DNA from: Octopus vulgaris
Lineage: Eukaryota
Assembly (NCBI GenBank): GCA_951406725.2
Contig: OX597831.1
Coordinates: 51,150,001-51,214,000, forward strand
Direction: 5' to 3'
DNA: 64,000 nt
Shown here: positions 13,624-26,624 of the stretch, piece after piece
Layout: every line of letters begins with the position of its first letter
How positions within the stretch are numbered: the stretch's first letter is position 1
Notes under the pieces: model-generated
What the model was told of the DNA's origin: nothing
What the model saw: the letters and a program-made list of their open reading frames with translations, nothing else
Databases searched by the model: none
Program-made: the position numbers and the translations under genes

Positions 13624-14047
13624 CAGTGATTATGGCAGCAAGCTGGCAGAAACGTTTGCATGCAGGGTGAAATGTGTAGCTGTATTTCGTCTGCCGTTAC
13701 GTTCTGAGTTCAAATTCCGCCAAGGTCAACTTTGCCTTTCATCCTTTCGGGGTCGATAAATTAAGTACCAATTACACACTGAGGTCGATGTAATTGACTT
13801 AATCCGTTTGTCTGTCCTTGTTTGTCCCCTCTGTGTTTAGTCCTTTGTGGGTAGTAAAGAAATAAGTATTTCGTCTGTCTTTACGTTCTGAGTTCAAATT
13901 CCGCCGAGGTCGACTTTGCCTTTCATCCTTTCAGGGTCGATAAATTAAGTACCAGTTACGCACTGGGGTCGATGTAATCAACTTAATCCATTTGTCTGTC
14001 CTTGTTTGTCCCCTCTGTGTTTAGCCCTTTGTGGGTAGTAAAGAAAT
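13624..14047 (+). mobile_element. SINE family C, tandem dimer with 16-bp TSD
   Basis: TSD ATATAATATGATTCAA at 13608-13623 and 14048-14063; ~180-bp internal duplication. Confidence 0.9.
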
Positions 14048-14639
14048 ATATAATATGATTCAATAGATGAATGTCTACCACTGACACTTCATGGACTTCA
14101 CTTCTGGGCCATGAATGAAATAAAAACAATTCAGGTTCGCAAACCTCTCCTTTACATAAGTGTTTTGAATATTAGAGAATTAGAACTCTACACAAATATT
14201 TTTAAATGTCAGAAAAATAGAGATGTACATGAATATTTTAAATGTCAGGCCTACAGATTGAGAATACATCAATAATGTTTTGTTTATTATAAACTCGTTT
14301 GTTTGTGCAATTTGTTTTTTTAATTACATTGTTTAAATTATAACTATTTTATTGATGTTTGTGCTATTGCTGTGTGGTAAGTTGTTTTAAGACATAAATT
14401 GTGAAAGGTCATGACAATATTTTTTTTAAATTCTATAAATAATTATAAATAATTGTGAATTTCAATTAACTAAAGTATGATAGAATCAAATTATATTGTA
14501 TATATTATAACTATATTGAGTGAAGTGGGCTTTTTTTAAATATTTTCCTATTGTTGTCGAGAATTGTTAAGAATGTAATTTGAATTAGTCATATGTTTTT
14601 TTTTAAATAACAATTTTTTGTTTGAAATTTACTCTAGAG

Positions 14640-14981
14640 CACTGTCTTTAGTCGAGCAAATTGACCCCAGGACTTATTTTTTGTAAGCCTAGTACTTATT
14701 CTATCGGTCTCTTTTTGCCAAACTACTAAGTTACGGGGACGTAAACACACCAGCATCAGTTGTCAAGTGATGTAGGTGGCACAAACACAGACACAAACAC
14801 ACACATATACATATATACGACGGGCTTCTTTCAGTTTCTGTCTACCAAATCCACTCGCAAGGCTTTGGTCAGCCTGAGGCTATAGTCGAAGACACTTGCC
14901 CAAGGTGCCACGCAGTGGGACTGAACCCGGAACCATATGGTTGGTAAGCAAGCTACTTACCACACAGCCACTCTTGCACCT
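14640..14981 (-). mobile_element. SINE family A
   Basis: Reverse complement of the family A body and head. Confidence 0.88.
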
Positions 14982-16231
14982 ATATATGATAAATAAATAT
15001 AAATGTTCTTTCCCACCAGTCTACCAAACTAAAACATGCTAGAATTAATAAGTAAAACAAGGAGAATCCTTCAAAATTAGTAGTGGTCTGCAGCAAAAAA
15101 GAAATTTTAATGATTGTGAATGAGGTGTTTTTGGCTTTTTTTTTCCAACCACAAGAACTTGGATTCAGGCCTACTGCATAGCACCTTGGGTAAATATCTT
15201 CTACTCTAGCCTCAGAGCAATCAAACAAAGCCTTGTGAGTGCACTTGGTAGATAGAAACTGAAAGAAGCCCATCATGCGTACATGTGCATCTAGGACCAC
15301 ATTATCCTATATTTTTTGTTTATTGTTCTTTGTTAGTCTAAGATTAAGCAGGCTTATAATCATGTATTTAGAATCACACTGCCTACTATCCTTTGATCAA
15401 GCAAACCTATAATCAAAAGTGTTTCAACCATGACCATCCAACCATATTGTATACCTAGGACTGCATTGCCTAATTTGTCTCTCCCTGTTTTCTTAAGGCA
15501 ATTGAGAGAAATTCAAGGTAGACTTGACTGCTATTTCTAGGAGGGAAAGCAACTGCATAGAAACCCCATTGTTGGTTCAATGTGCCCTTTGTTTTAAAAG
15601 ATGGAAGGATGTAGTTTCAGAGAGATTTGGCTTCTATTTCTAGCAGAGCCAGGTTGACTCATACAGGCTCTTTATTCATTCATCACAAATAATGCAAATG
15701 GAAAACTCATGCTGGTTGAAAATGTGATTCAGCTGATGATGAAAAGCATTCAAGGGAAATGGATTAGTTTAATTAGACCTGAGGATAGATAAGATAAATT
15801 AGAATACTGGTACAGCATTACAGATGAGATAAGTTAGAATGTCGGCACAGTATGAGTTGCTGTATTGCCAACTCAGGTAACAATTCCATTATTTATGTAA
15901 TGCAAATAAATGCCTCCTCATGCCAAAGGAACTTGCAAGGGAGCTGATGCCTAACTCTAGTTTCATAGTGTTAAACAGACCAGAGATATATCTTTCTTCT
16001 GGATAGGTACATGTTATTGAGAAATAGTGAAGAGGGCAGAGGTTATACAATAGCTGTGTGGGTGTGACCACATCACCTGGTTCTGAGTTCAATCCCATTA
16101 CACAGCATTTTGAGCAATACCTCATAAGTGGAATTTAACAGATGGAAACTGCACAGAAGCCTATTATATATAGAAATATGAGTATGTGCATGTCCATGTC
16201 CATTTTAGTGTTTATACTTTTAAATCCTATC

Positions 16232-16440
16232 TCTTTTACTCTTTTACTTGTTTCAGTCATTTGACTGTGGCCATGCTGGAGCACCGCCTTTTAGTCGAGC
16301 AAATCGACCCCGGGACTTATTCTTTGTAAGCTTAGTACTTATTCTATTGGTCTCTTTTGCCAGACCGCTAAGTTACGGGGACGTAAACACACCAGCATTG
16401 GTTGTCAAGCGATGTTGTGGGGACAAACACAGACACACAA

Positions 16441-16487
<47 letters not shown>

Positions 16488-16643
16488 CGACGGGTATCTT
16501 TCAGTTTCCATCTACCAAATCTACTCACAAGGCTTTGGTCAGCTTGAGGCCATAGTAGAAGACACTTGCCCAAGGTGCCATGCAGTGGGACTGAACCCAT
16601 GGTTGGTAAGCAAGCTACTTACCACACAGCCACTCCTACGCCT
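16232..16643 (-). mobile_element. SINE family A, full length
   Basis: Family match. Confidence 0.9.
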
Positions 16644-18026
16644 ATATCTACTCAGTTTGGCAAATAGTTATTGAGAAATGATAAACAGACTAATAAATAA
16701 GAACTGGATTTGCAGTGATTATGATCAACTAAAACCCTTTAATTCAGTGCTCCCGTATGGCCACAAAAAAATAAGAGAACGTCTACCATCCTTTAACATT
16801 CACTTTTCCATGCTTATAATAGGTTAGACAGTGTTTATTGAGGCAGATTTTTTTCAATAAGCTGGATGCCCTTCCTGTCACCAACCTTCACCTGTCTCCA
16901 AGCAATGTAATATTTCCTCATGGCCAGATATGTTCTTTGCAGAATACTGGAAATGCATGGTATTCACTTACAACAATGACAAGATGTTAAGACAAGGAGA
17001 TACAAACATACAGACTCACACATATGCATATAGGTAAATGCGTATGTGTGTGTGTGTGTGTGTGTGTGCATGCACACATGCATGTGCAACAAGCTTCTTA
17101 CAGTTTTCACCTACAGGACGGCTGGTGTTAGGAAGAGTATCCAACCATAAAAACCATGCCAAAACAGACATAGTAGCCATGTATAGTCTTCTACCTAGCC
17201 GGTTCCTGTCAAACCATCCAACCCATGCCAGCATGGAAGGCAGATGTTAAATGAAGGTGATGATGATGATGAAATCTGCTTTAGTCATCTTGGAACTATT
17301 GTAGATGACATTTGTCCAGTCTCTTTTTGCCAGACCACTGAGTTACAGGGACGTAAACACACCAGCATCAGTTGTCAAGTGATGTTGGGAGGACAAACAC
17401 AGACACAAACACACACAAGGCTTTGGTCAGCCTGAGGCTATAGTAGAAGGCACTTGCCCAAGGTGCCATGCAGTGGGACTGAACCCGGAACCATGTGGTT
17501 GGTAAGCAAGCTACTTACCACACAGTCACTCTTGCGCCTATATATGATAAATAAATATAAATGCTCTTTCCCACCAGTCTACCAAACTAAAACTGAACTC
17601 GTAACTGTTTGGTTGAGAAGCAAACTTCTTAACGGCACAGCCATACCTGCATCCAATCACTTAATCATTTTGTTTCAGCAACACAATTACAAATAAGTGG
17701 ATTAAAATAGAGGTTATACTGATAACACCCGAAGAGAATAGCGGCAATGACAATGATGGTTATCACTGTCAAATAAAAATTAATGATGACAGTCACAGCA
17801 ATGTCGATAACGATAAATATTGCTTAGGTGAAGAAGAGCTGGGATATGAAAATTTGGAAAGCTGAAGAGGTAGTGGTGGGTACGTGGTGTTTGATTTCAA
17901 ATGTTGGTGCAGACTGATGACAGCAACAATGATAACAATTACAACACCTGAACAGAGAGAGATAATTAGGGAAAATGCAGAAAATATAATACGTGAAGCA
18001 ATAAATAAAGTTAAAAGAATACTTAC

Positions 18027-18072
18027 ATTACCAACATAAACTTCTGCAATGAATAACACAGGGTAAAATGCT
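18027..18072 (-). CDS. Host gene internal exon C (46 nt, phase 2/0): (K)AFYPVLFIAEVYVGN, first strand of a PTB/PID-like domain
   Basis: Acceptor ttttcattcttttacag|A, donor AAT|gtaagt; phases match exons B and D exactly. Confidence 0.85.
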
Positions 18073-18179
18073 CTGTAAAAGAATGAAAATGTGGGTTTTT
18101 TTCATTTTTATTTATATATACATACACATACATATATATATACACATATATATATATATATATACATACACATACTTAC

Positions 18180-18215
<36 letters not shown>

Positions 18216-18335
18216 ATACATCCTTGTTGCTTATTTTGATTTTAATCACCTTATTTTGAAATCGTATGGATAATACTGTACTAAATTCTGGTGCCTCAAC
18301 TTAAGTATGTATATATATATATATATGTATGTATG

Positions 18336-18380
<45 letters not shown>

Positions 18381-18424
18381 CAGATTCAGATGAATATGGT
18401 ACTTAAGTTGAGGCACCAGAATTT

Positions 18425-18565
18425 GAGGTCGACTTTGCCTTTCATCCTTTCGGGGTCGATAAATTAAGTCCAGTTATGCACTGGGGTCGATGTAATCGAC
18501 TTAATCCCTTTGTCTGTCCTTGTTTGTCCTCTCTGTGTTTAGCCCCTTGTGGGTAGTAAAGAAAT
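18425..18565 (+). mobile_element. SINE family C, 5'-truncated
   Basis: Core and tail nearly identical to the 13624 copy. Confidence 0.85.
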
Positions 18566-18614
18566 ATATATATACATACATATATAAAAATATGTATGTA
18601 TATATATATATAAA

Positions 18615-20238
18615 CATCATCATCATTTAACATCTGATGTCCATGTTTCCATGCTGGCATGGGTTGGACGGTTTGACTAGGGCTGGCAAGCTGGAAGGCT
18701 GCACCAGACTCCAGTCTGATTTGGCATGGTTTGCTATAGCTGGATGCCCTTTCAAATGCCAACCACTCTGAGAGTGTAATATGTGCGTTTACGTTCCACT
18801 GGCACAGGTGCCATTTGTGTGATACCAGTATCTGCCATGACTGTGATTTTGCTCACCCTGATGGGTCTTTTTCTCAAGCATGACATAATGCCAAAGGTCT
18901 CGATCATTGCCTCCGTGAGGGCCAACACTCAAAAGGAACCCAGCCACTTTGCCTCCATGAGGCCCAAAGCACAAACAGTGCTCTTTACATGCTACCGGCA
19001 TGGGTGCCAGTTACGTGATACCAACATCAACCATGACTATGATTTCACTTGGCTTGATGGGTCTTCTGAAGCACATATTGCCAAAGGTGTCGGTCATCAG
19101 TCATTGCCTCTGTGAGGTTCAAAGTTCGAAGATCATACTTCATCACTTCGTTTCATGTCTTCCTGGGTCTACCTCTACCACAGGTTCCCTCCGCAGTTAG
19201 AGATTGGCTCTTCTTTCCACAGCTATCTTCGTCCATACACATCACATGATCATACCAGCACAGTCATATATTTTGCACACTACATCTGATGCCTCTTATG
19301 CATAACCTTTCTCAGGTGCTTACACTCTGTCAAACATACACACTGACATTGCATATCCAGTGAAACATACTGGCTTCTTCATTTCTTTCAAGCCTACACA
19401 TGCCTTTAGCTGTCACAGCTCATGTTTCACTGCCATATAGCATGGTTGTTCACACATAGACATCATACAAACTACCTTTCACATTGAGAGAGAAACCCTT
19501 TGTTGCCACCAGAGGTAGGAGCTCTCTGATCTTTGCCCAGCCTAATCTTACTCTCACAGCTATACTCTCAAGGCATCTATCTCCACTACTAATTTGGTCA
19601 CCTAGATAGCAGAAATTATTTACTACCTCTAGCTTGCTCCCCTGGCAGTTGATGGAGTCTATTTTCTGCACATTTTCAGCATTTACTGTACCTGGGCATC
19701 TTCCATATACAAAAGCTAGTTTCCCTGTTAACCTTCCTCTGATATTTCTGCACCTTTTGTGTGTCCAAAGCTTACACTCAGTGCATCTTATGGAGTTTCT
19801 ACCTACACCTTTTTCAAAGATCAAGCAGGGCCATCTATCTGAAGGGATTTGTGATTTGTCTGCTTTCCTACTTGCTAAGACTTTGGTTTTTGCTAGGTTA
19901 ACTGTAAGGCCCTTTGATTCTAAAACTTGCTTCCATACCTGGAACTTCTCTAGTTCTGGTAGTGATTCAGCTATTAGAGCAAGGTCATCAGCATAGAGGA
20001 GCTCCCAGGGGCAGCTTGTCTTAAATTCTTCTGTTATTGCCTAGAGGACTATGCTGAACAAGAGGAGGCTGAACACCAATCCTTGGTGAACCTTAACTTG
20101 TACACTGAATTCTTTGCTATACTCATTATCAACCCTCACCTTACTAGAAGTATCCCATACATAGCTTCTACAGCTCTCACCAACCACTTGTCTATCCCTA
20201 TTTTCTGCACTGACCACCAGATAAGGGATCAGAGGACC
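18615..20238 (-). mobile_element. RTE-like LINE 3' fragment (RT C-terminal half, Cys-rich motif, 3' UTR ending in (GAT)n)
   Basis: VHQG..S.LLF, PWELLYADDLAL, GVGRNSIRCTECKLWTHKRC, F.YLG; disrupted. Confidence 0.85.
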
Positions 20239-20261
20239 ATGTGTGTGTGTGTGTGTGTATG

Positions 20262-20329
<68 letters not shown>

Positions 20330-20458
20330 GATGTTGTAGTGGTGCACAGATTTTATATATAAATAAAAGATATTCAGTATTTGGATAAATATTATTCATC
20401 CCCTCCAGGGATACATCATGAATTAATATCATAACTAATATCCTGACTACCTTCTTTT

Positions 20459-20520
<62 letters not shown>

Positions 20521-21334
20521 TACCCATGCTAGCATGGTAGGCGGACATTAAACAATGATGGTGATAATGATATATATACACATACATATATCGTTGTCAT
20601 CCTCATCGTTTAACATCTAACTTATATGCATGCATGGGTAGGACAGTTGACAGGAGCCAACCAGGTAGAAGACTACTCCAGGCTACTGTGTCTGTTTTGA
20701 CATGGTTTTTACAGCTGGATGCCATTCCTCACACACATATGCATGGATTGGGCAAAATAATGGAAACATCACTTTTTTAACTAATTTTTTTCTATTGGCA
20801 AAATGACAAATTCAAGAGAGAGAAAGAGAGAAGGAGAAAGTGTGTGTGTGTGTATGTGTGTGTGTGTGTGTGTGCACGCTTTTGTTCATACACACAATAT
20901 ATTCTTTGTACTTCATGATATAGCTCTCTGATTTACTAGTTTTGCAGATATTCATATTTAGATTAACTGCATGAAGTATCTCATTTCTAAAGGGAATGAA
21001 TTCTTAGAGTGCAGATAACTGGAGTTTCATTCACTAAATCTGCTGAATTGTTTACTGTTTTGAGAGTTAACGTCTCTGAAATTATGTAAACTTTCCAAAA
21101 CCAAGGTAAAACCAACTCTGACAAGCATAATTCTGGATGGAAAGCAAAGATTACAGAGTTGGACCACAGAATAGTGAAGTGTAATTGAGTCTAAAATAAA
21201 AACATCAAACTACAATAGCAAAAAATGACAGCACAGCTAAACTTGCCAACCAAACCCATTTGTTGTGAGTTCTACAACGTTGGACACCATGAGAGGCCTG
21301 CAACTGCTAAACCTCTCCAGTTGCCATTAACATT

Positions 21335-21660
21335 TGATTTACATAACCTACACTAAGAATCTACCTGATTTTTGTCTGTCTTGACTTTTACTCAATTAGT
21401 CCCCAGGGCTTAATTCTGTGTTGCAACTAACAAACTTTCTGTCTCCCTTTTCAGCCTTCCTTTCTGCAATTACAACCATGTCTCATTATTACTATTTTCT
21501 GCCACTATTTTTAGAAAACTACCCTGTAAAGCCTTCCCTTGCCAGTCAGATAATCTTGTTTCTTTTTCCTGGCTTTTAACTTTGGGAAAAAAAATGGTAT
21601 CTAAAACTATCAGAAGTGAGCAATGGTTCAATAAAACAATATCATCTCTGATCAATCATC
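21335..21660 (-). mobile_element. R4/Dong-type (restriction-like endonuclease) non-LTR fragment nested in Tc1
   Basis: WQGKALQG.FL..ETWL*LQKGRLKRETESLLVA.Q..AL.TN, typical of the region before the CCHC motif. Confidence 0.7.
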
Positions 21661-21849
21661 ATTTTCTTTCTCCATCTCTGGAGTGATGCTATGTCAGGAG
21701 ACAACCCAAAGAAATGTTCAACTCTGACAGTTTGGCTCCTACCACAGAGCACAATGATAGCTTTGTGATGATTTAGGCAATCATACATGGAATTCTCTTG
21801 GCCTCTTAGCTGTTGTACATGGCGGAGTTAACGCAAAGGATAATCTAAG

Positions 21850-22180
21850 TAGTTTCGCTGATCATACCCAGTGGGTGTTTTTTACGTGCCACCGGCATGC
21901 GGGCCAGTTTGGTGGTACTGGCAACGGCCATACCCAAATGGTGCTTTTTACGTGCCACCTGCACAGGAGCATGTCCAGTGGCACTGGCGATGACCTCGCT
22001 CGAATGTTTCACATGCCACCAGTACAAGTGCTAGTAAGGCAATGCGGTAACGATCACGCTCGAATGGTGTGCTTAATGTGCCATCGGCACAGAGGCCAGA
22101 TGGTTGCGCTGGCACGATCTCACTCGTATGGTACTCTTAGTGCACCACTAGCAATGGATGCCAGTCATTGAGTTTGATTT
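21850..22180. repeat. Degenerate GC-rich tandem units (ATGGTGCTTTTTACGTGCCACCGGCA), probably LINE 3' UTR derived
   Basis: 4-5 copies; the same motif occurs at 61630-61740 next to the (CAT)n LINE tail. Confidence 0.65.
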
Positions 22181-22864
22181 CAACATTATTCAAAATTGAT
22201 ATAAAGACCACAAATGTAAAGTAGACCTCTTGGGTTGGCTCCCACAATCATCAGATCTCAATTGAAATTGAACACTTATAGCACATTTTGGATCAGCAAG
22301 TGAGGAGCTACTTCCCTTCACCATCATTGCTAAAAGAGCTAAAGCAAATTTTACTTGAATGGTACAAAATGCTTCTAACAACCATTTCAAACAATTGTAT
22401 GAGTCAATTTCTTGAAAACTTGGAACTGGGATTGATGCCAAAGGTGAACCAACACCATATTCAGATGCAAAATTTCCATTTCACAACGTGCTTCCATTAT
22501 TTTGTGCAATCCCTGCATATATGTGTATGTGTGTGTGTGCACACACACAGACACACACATATATGTATATATATGTATATATGTGTGTGTCTGTGTGAAT
22601 ACACATGTAAATAAATATACATATTTAAATATACATATATATGTAAATATATCATAAAATATATTTGCCCACTAAATGTGGAGGTCCCATAGAGGACGAT
22701 ATTGTTGTTTTTAGCCCCAGGAAGACATCTCCTCCAGCTGACTAACGATACACTGTCTGTGTCCAATTAGTATTTGTTAGGGAAGGTCATCACTCACATC
22801 TCTAGCCTTATGTGATTCACACAGACCTGGGTTTCTGGGTAGTTACCAGTGATAATCACACAGA

Positions 22865-23169
22865 AGAGGTAGGTGGTGGGTATGTGGTGTTTGATTTCAA
22901 ATGTTGGTCCTAGGTATAGAGATAGATTTAACAGTACAAGTCTAAGTAAACTGATTTGGGAATTGAAGGGTAGCAGGAAATCTTACAAAATAAATTTGAA
23001 AATACTTAGTCATGCTAGATCATATAAAATTAATGATGCTAGAGGCAACCGGTGTATAGATAAATTATATCAGATACTAACATCTAAGAAGAAATTGCTT
23101 AATGAAAGACGTGAGAGTGTTCTATCTTGTATACACTATTCTAAATACGTGTTTAGGAAGTTTTATTAA
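22865..23169 (+). mobile_element. Penelope-like element GIY-YIG C-terminal remnant
   Basis: NSTSLSKLIWELK..Y.I..KIL..A.SY....RC......IL...LLNER.E....C.H motif. Confidence 0.8.
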
Positions 23170-23697
23170 GTGTGTATATCTGTACTCGTATGTATACTTT
23201 TATAAGTGTACGTATATGTGTATATCTGAATAAATATATTTGTGTAAATGCATGTAAGCGATTGTGTACATAGACATATGCTATTTTTTTAATATTTATA
23301 TCTGATGCCATCGATATATTGTCATGCATATGTATTTGCTTGAGTGTGTATATAGGAAAGTACATGTATATGTGCATGTATATGTATATGCGGATATGTG
23401 AATATATGTGTATATGTAATTATGTGTGTGTGTACATATATATATATATATATGTATATATGTGTGTGTGTGTGTGTGCATGAGTGTATTTGTATATATA
23501 TTGTATAGGTATAGATATGTATATTTCTATATATATGTGTGTATATATGTATGTCTGCGCATGTGTGTATGTATGTATATATGTGTATGTGTATATATAT
23601 ATGTGTGTGTGGGTATACATGTGCATGTATGTATATGTATATATGTATGTGTGTATGGGTATGTATGTATATGTATGTGTATGTATGTATATGTGTG

Positions 23698-23730
<33 letters not shown>

Positions 23731-23761
23731 ATAGAATCAACAACTTAAAAATAAATGGTTA

Positions 23762-23825
23762 ATTCCCTATTACAATTTCAACGTTAGGAACCTATTAAGG
23801 GTCCCATTCATCCTATCAGGGGAAT
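23762..23825 (-). ncRNA. Minimal type I hammerhead-like motif with variant core CUGAUAG
   Basis: AUUCCC-CUGAUAG-GAUG..UGGGACC/GGUUCCUA..CGUU-GAAA-UUGUAAU-A-GGGAAU. Confidence 0.55.
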
Positions 23826-23947
23826 ATTCCTATAGATAGAAATCAATACAAGACCTTATCTTGGGGCTTACATGTATCCCAACCAGCAAGAATAATGTGT
23901 CAACTTCTATCTACACATTTAAGTTTTGAATTTGAATTCAAATGTCA

Positions 23948-23981
<34 letters not shown>

Positions 23982-25170
23982 TTAATATCAGCAGGTTAAT
24001 ATTAGTAAGCTCCATACTAAGCTTGTATATGCATGAAAATACATAATATGGTAATAATGTCTTCAAAAGATTTATTTTCCACACATAATCCTGTTAATAT
24101 ATGAAAGATATTTTTTATGGCTTCTGATATCATCCATAAGATGTGTGTATCCCTGTTTGTTTCATACATGTAAACTGAGGATTGCCAGCTCATATCTATA
24201 TTGTCAATATTAATAAGTTGCAGGCTTTGATTTTCTACTTGGTTAGCATCTCATCTGGTTGCCTGCTCTGATCCACTTCATCTTGTTGACATATGTCACC
24301 TACAATTATCGTGATGTGATTGATATCTTTCTGCTACCATTGATAACCTCATCTCGTTGACATGGTCTGACTACAGTCAAACTCATTTATTTGACAGCCA
24401 TTAACTACAATCAACATCTGACACCTAAAGTAATACAGGTGACAATTCACCTGTTCACCATCTGTAGGCTAATGTTCCAACTTTTTCATTTGACTGGTGA
24501 AGATCTCAGCAGGTTGATATTAGTAAGCTATGTACTAAACTTGTTTAGTTAACGACCTATGAACACCATACCTAGTCAATATCTATGAACTGAGAACATC
24601 ACACATAGTCAACATCACTAAGCTGTTAAGCCCAATCTAGTTCAACATCTTTTGAACATACTAAATTAATATCTGTAATGTGTAGACACCCAAGCTAAAT
24701 AACAATAGTAATTGTGAATAAACCATCAAATCAACATTTATGAAGTATGAAAATTTTGATAAGTTTGACATGTGTAAACTTTAGTCTAGTTAATAACTAC
24801 TACTTACAGACAGGCAATATAGTTAATATCAGTAGACCTTTATCGCTACATTTTGGAAATTTAATCTAGCAGATATCAATATCCTGTGGATACAATCTTA
24901 TCAACATCTATGGAGTATATTAGCACTCTCTTTAATTACAATTATAAGCTGTACAGCCTCACTAAAAATATGTAGTTTGTGCAAACAGAATCAATGTCTG
25001 AAGGTCATTGGCTTTTATTCTTTCTCATGACATTTTTAGAGTTTCACTTCTCCATGTTGCTAAACACCGATCTTTATATATAAAATACCATTTCTAAATA
25101 ATCTTAGTTACTTTCTTAGCCATAAAACGGAAAATCTACAACTCAATATAAGAAAAAGTCAAAAACTAAC

Positions 25171-25391
25171 TTTTGTTCAGGACCATGTACGGGGATTTCA
25201 TCAGAATAGTCTCCAGGTAGTAAGGCATGAGCTGGTTTCCTGCCTTTTTCTGCAACCGGACGGAAAAAGTCAGTTTCTTCATCAGAACTGGCTGGACTTC
25301 TCTTTGGCTCAATTTTAATTTGGTCACGTTGCAAATTAGCCAGTGTTAGCAATTCTTCAATTGGACCATAAATGTGATTGTCTTTTAGACA
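25171..25391 (-). CDS. Host gene internal exon B (221 nt, phase 0/2): CLKDNHIYGPIEELL...IPVHGPEQ(K)
   Basis: Acceptor ctattttgcag|TGT, donor AA|gttagt; non-repetitive open frame inside ORF 25143-25397. Confidence 0.88.
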
Positions 25392-25627
25392 CTGCAAAAT
25401 AGAATATTGAAGATGATTTGGAGATATTGTTAATTAGTCAGTTGTAGAATTAGTTGGATTTCTTTATTTTTCCTTTGCTTGTTTCTTGGTTTAGTGTTTT
25501 CACATCTGCACACAGACTGAAAGATTCTGAAAACTGAGATATTTTCACAAATTAAGGCCATGCATTTTGAGTAAACTGGTGCTTTCACTGACAATATTCA
25601 TTTGACTGTTTAGTATGATTGGCACCC

Positions 25628-25951
25628 ACTATTATTATTATTATTATTATTATTATTGTTATTATTATTATTGTTGTTGTTGTTGTTGTTATTATTATTA
25701 TTATTATTATTGTTATCATTATTATCATTATTATTATTATTATTGTTATCATTATTATCATTATTATTATTATTGTTATTATTATTGTTATTATTATTAT
25801 TATTATCATTATTGTTATATTATTATTGTTATTATTGTTATTATTATTGTTGTTGTTATTATTATTATTATTATTATCATTATTGCTATTATTTTTATTG
25901 TTATTATTATTATTGTTATTATTATTATTATCATTATTGTTATTATTATTA

Positions 25952-25983
<32 letters not shown>

Positions 25984-26089
25984 GTTATTATCATTATTGT
26001 TATTATTTTTATTGTTATTATTATTGTTATTATTATTATTATTGTTATTGTTATTATTGTTATTATTATTATTATTATCATCATTATTA

Positions 26090-26121
<32 letters not shown>

Positions 26122-26129
26122 TTTATTTA

Positions 26130-26167
<38 letters not shown>

Positions 26168-26175
26168 CATTATTA
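25628..26175. repeat. (ATT/GTT)n microsatellite, ~550 bp
   Basis: Direct. Confidence 0.98.
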
Positions 26176-26624
26176 AGGCAGTGAGCTGGCAGAACCATTA
26201 GCACACCAGACAAAGTGCTTAGCAGCATTTATTCTGACTTTTTCTTCTGAGTTCAAATGCTGTCAGAGTCAATTTTGTCTTTCATTCTTTCAGGGTCAAT
26301 AAGATTTTACAGTGTGTATTGGGTGCTCATATGCAGCACTGGCATGGGTGCTCTTATATGGCATTGGCACGAGTGCTTTTTATGTAGCACAGGTTTGTAT
26401 GTGTGTGTGCATGCATGTGTGCGTGTTGGTTTATTTACCATTCTGTAACTTAGCAATTCAACAAAAGGATTCAATACAATAAGTACTAGCGTGAATATGT
26501 CCAACTGAATCCTGCAAGGCATGAGCACAGTCCTATAACTGGAACAAGAATATAAAAAAAAATTCAACATAAAAAAATCAAATAGTATAAAATAAAAACA
26601 AATGTTAGAAAATATGATGGCGTA

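Larger units (their letters stand above)
20742..22515 (+). mobile_element. Old Tc1-like transposon with both TIRs, interrupted by nested insertions
   Basis: TIRs CATGGATTGGGCAAAATAATGGAAAC / GCTTCCATTATTTTGTGCAATCCCTG; transposase remnants (W.PQSSDLN) homologous to the 28917 element. Confidence 0.75.

Noticed and set aside
25585-26201. Long poly-I/L/Y ORFs (also 8121-8767, 23420-23762, 28576-28888, 51693-52023, 55970-56589)
   Set aside because: Translations of microsatellites
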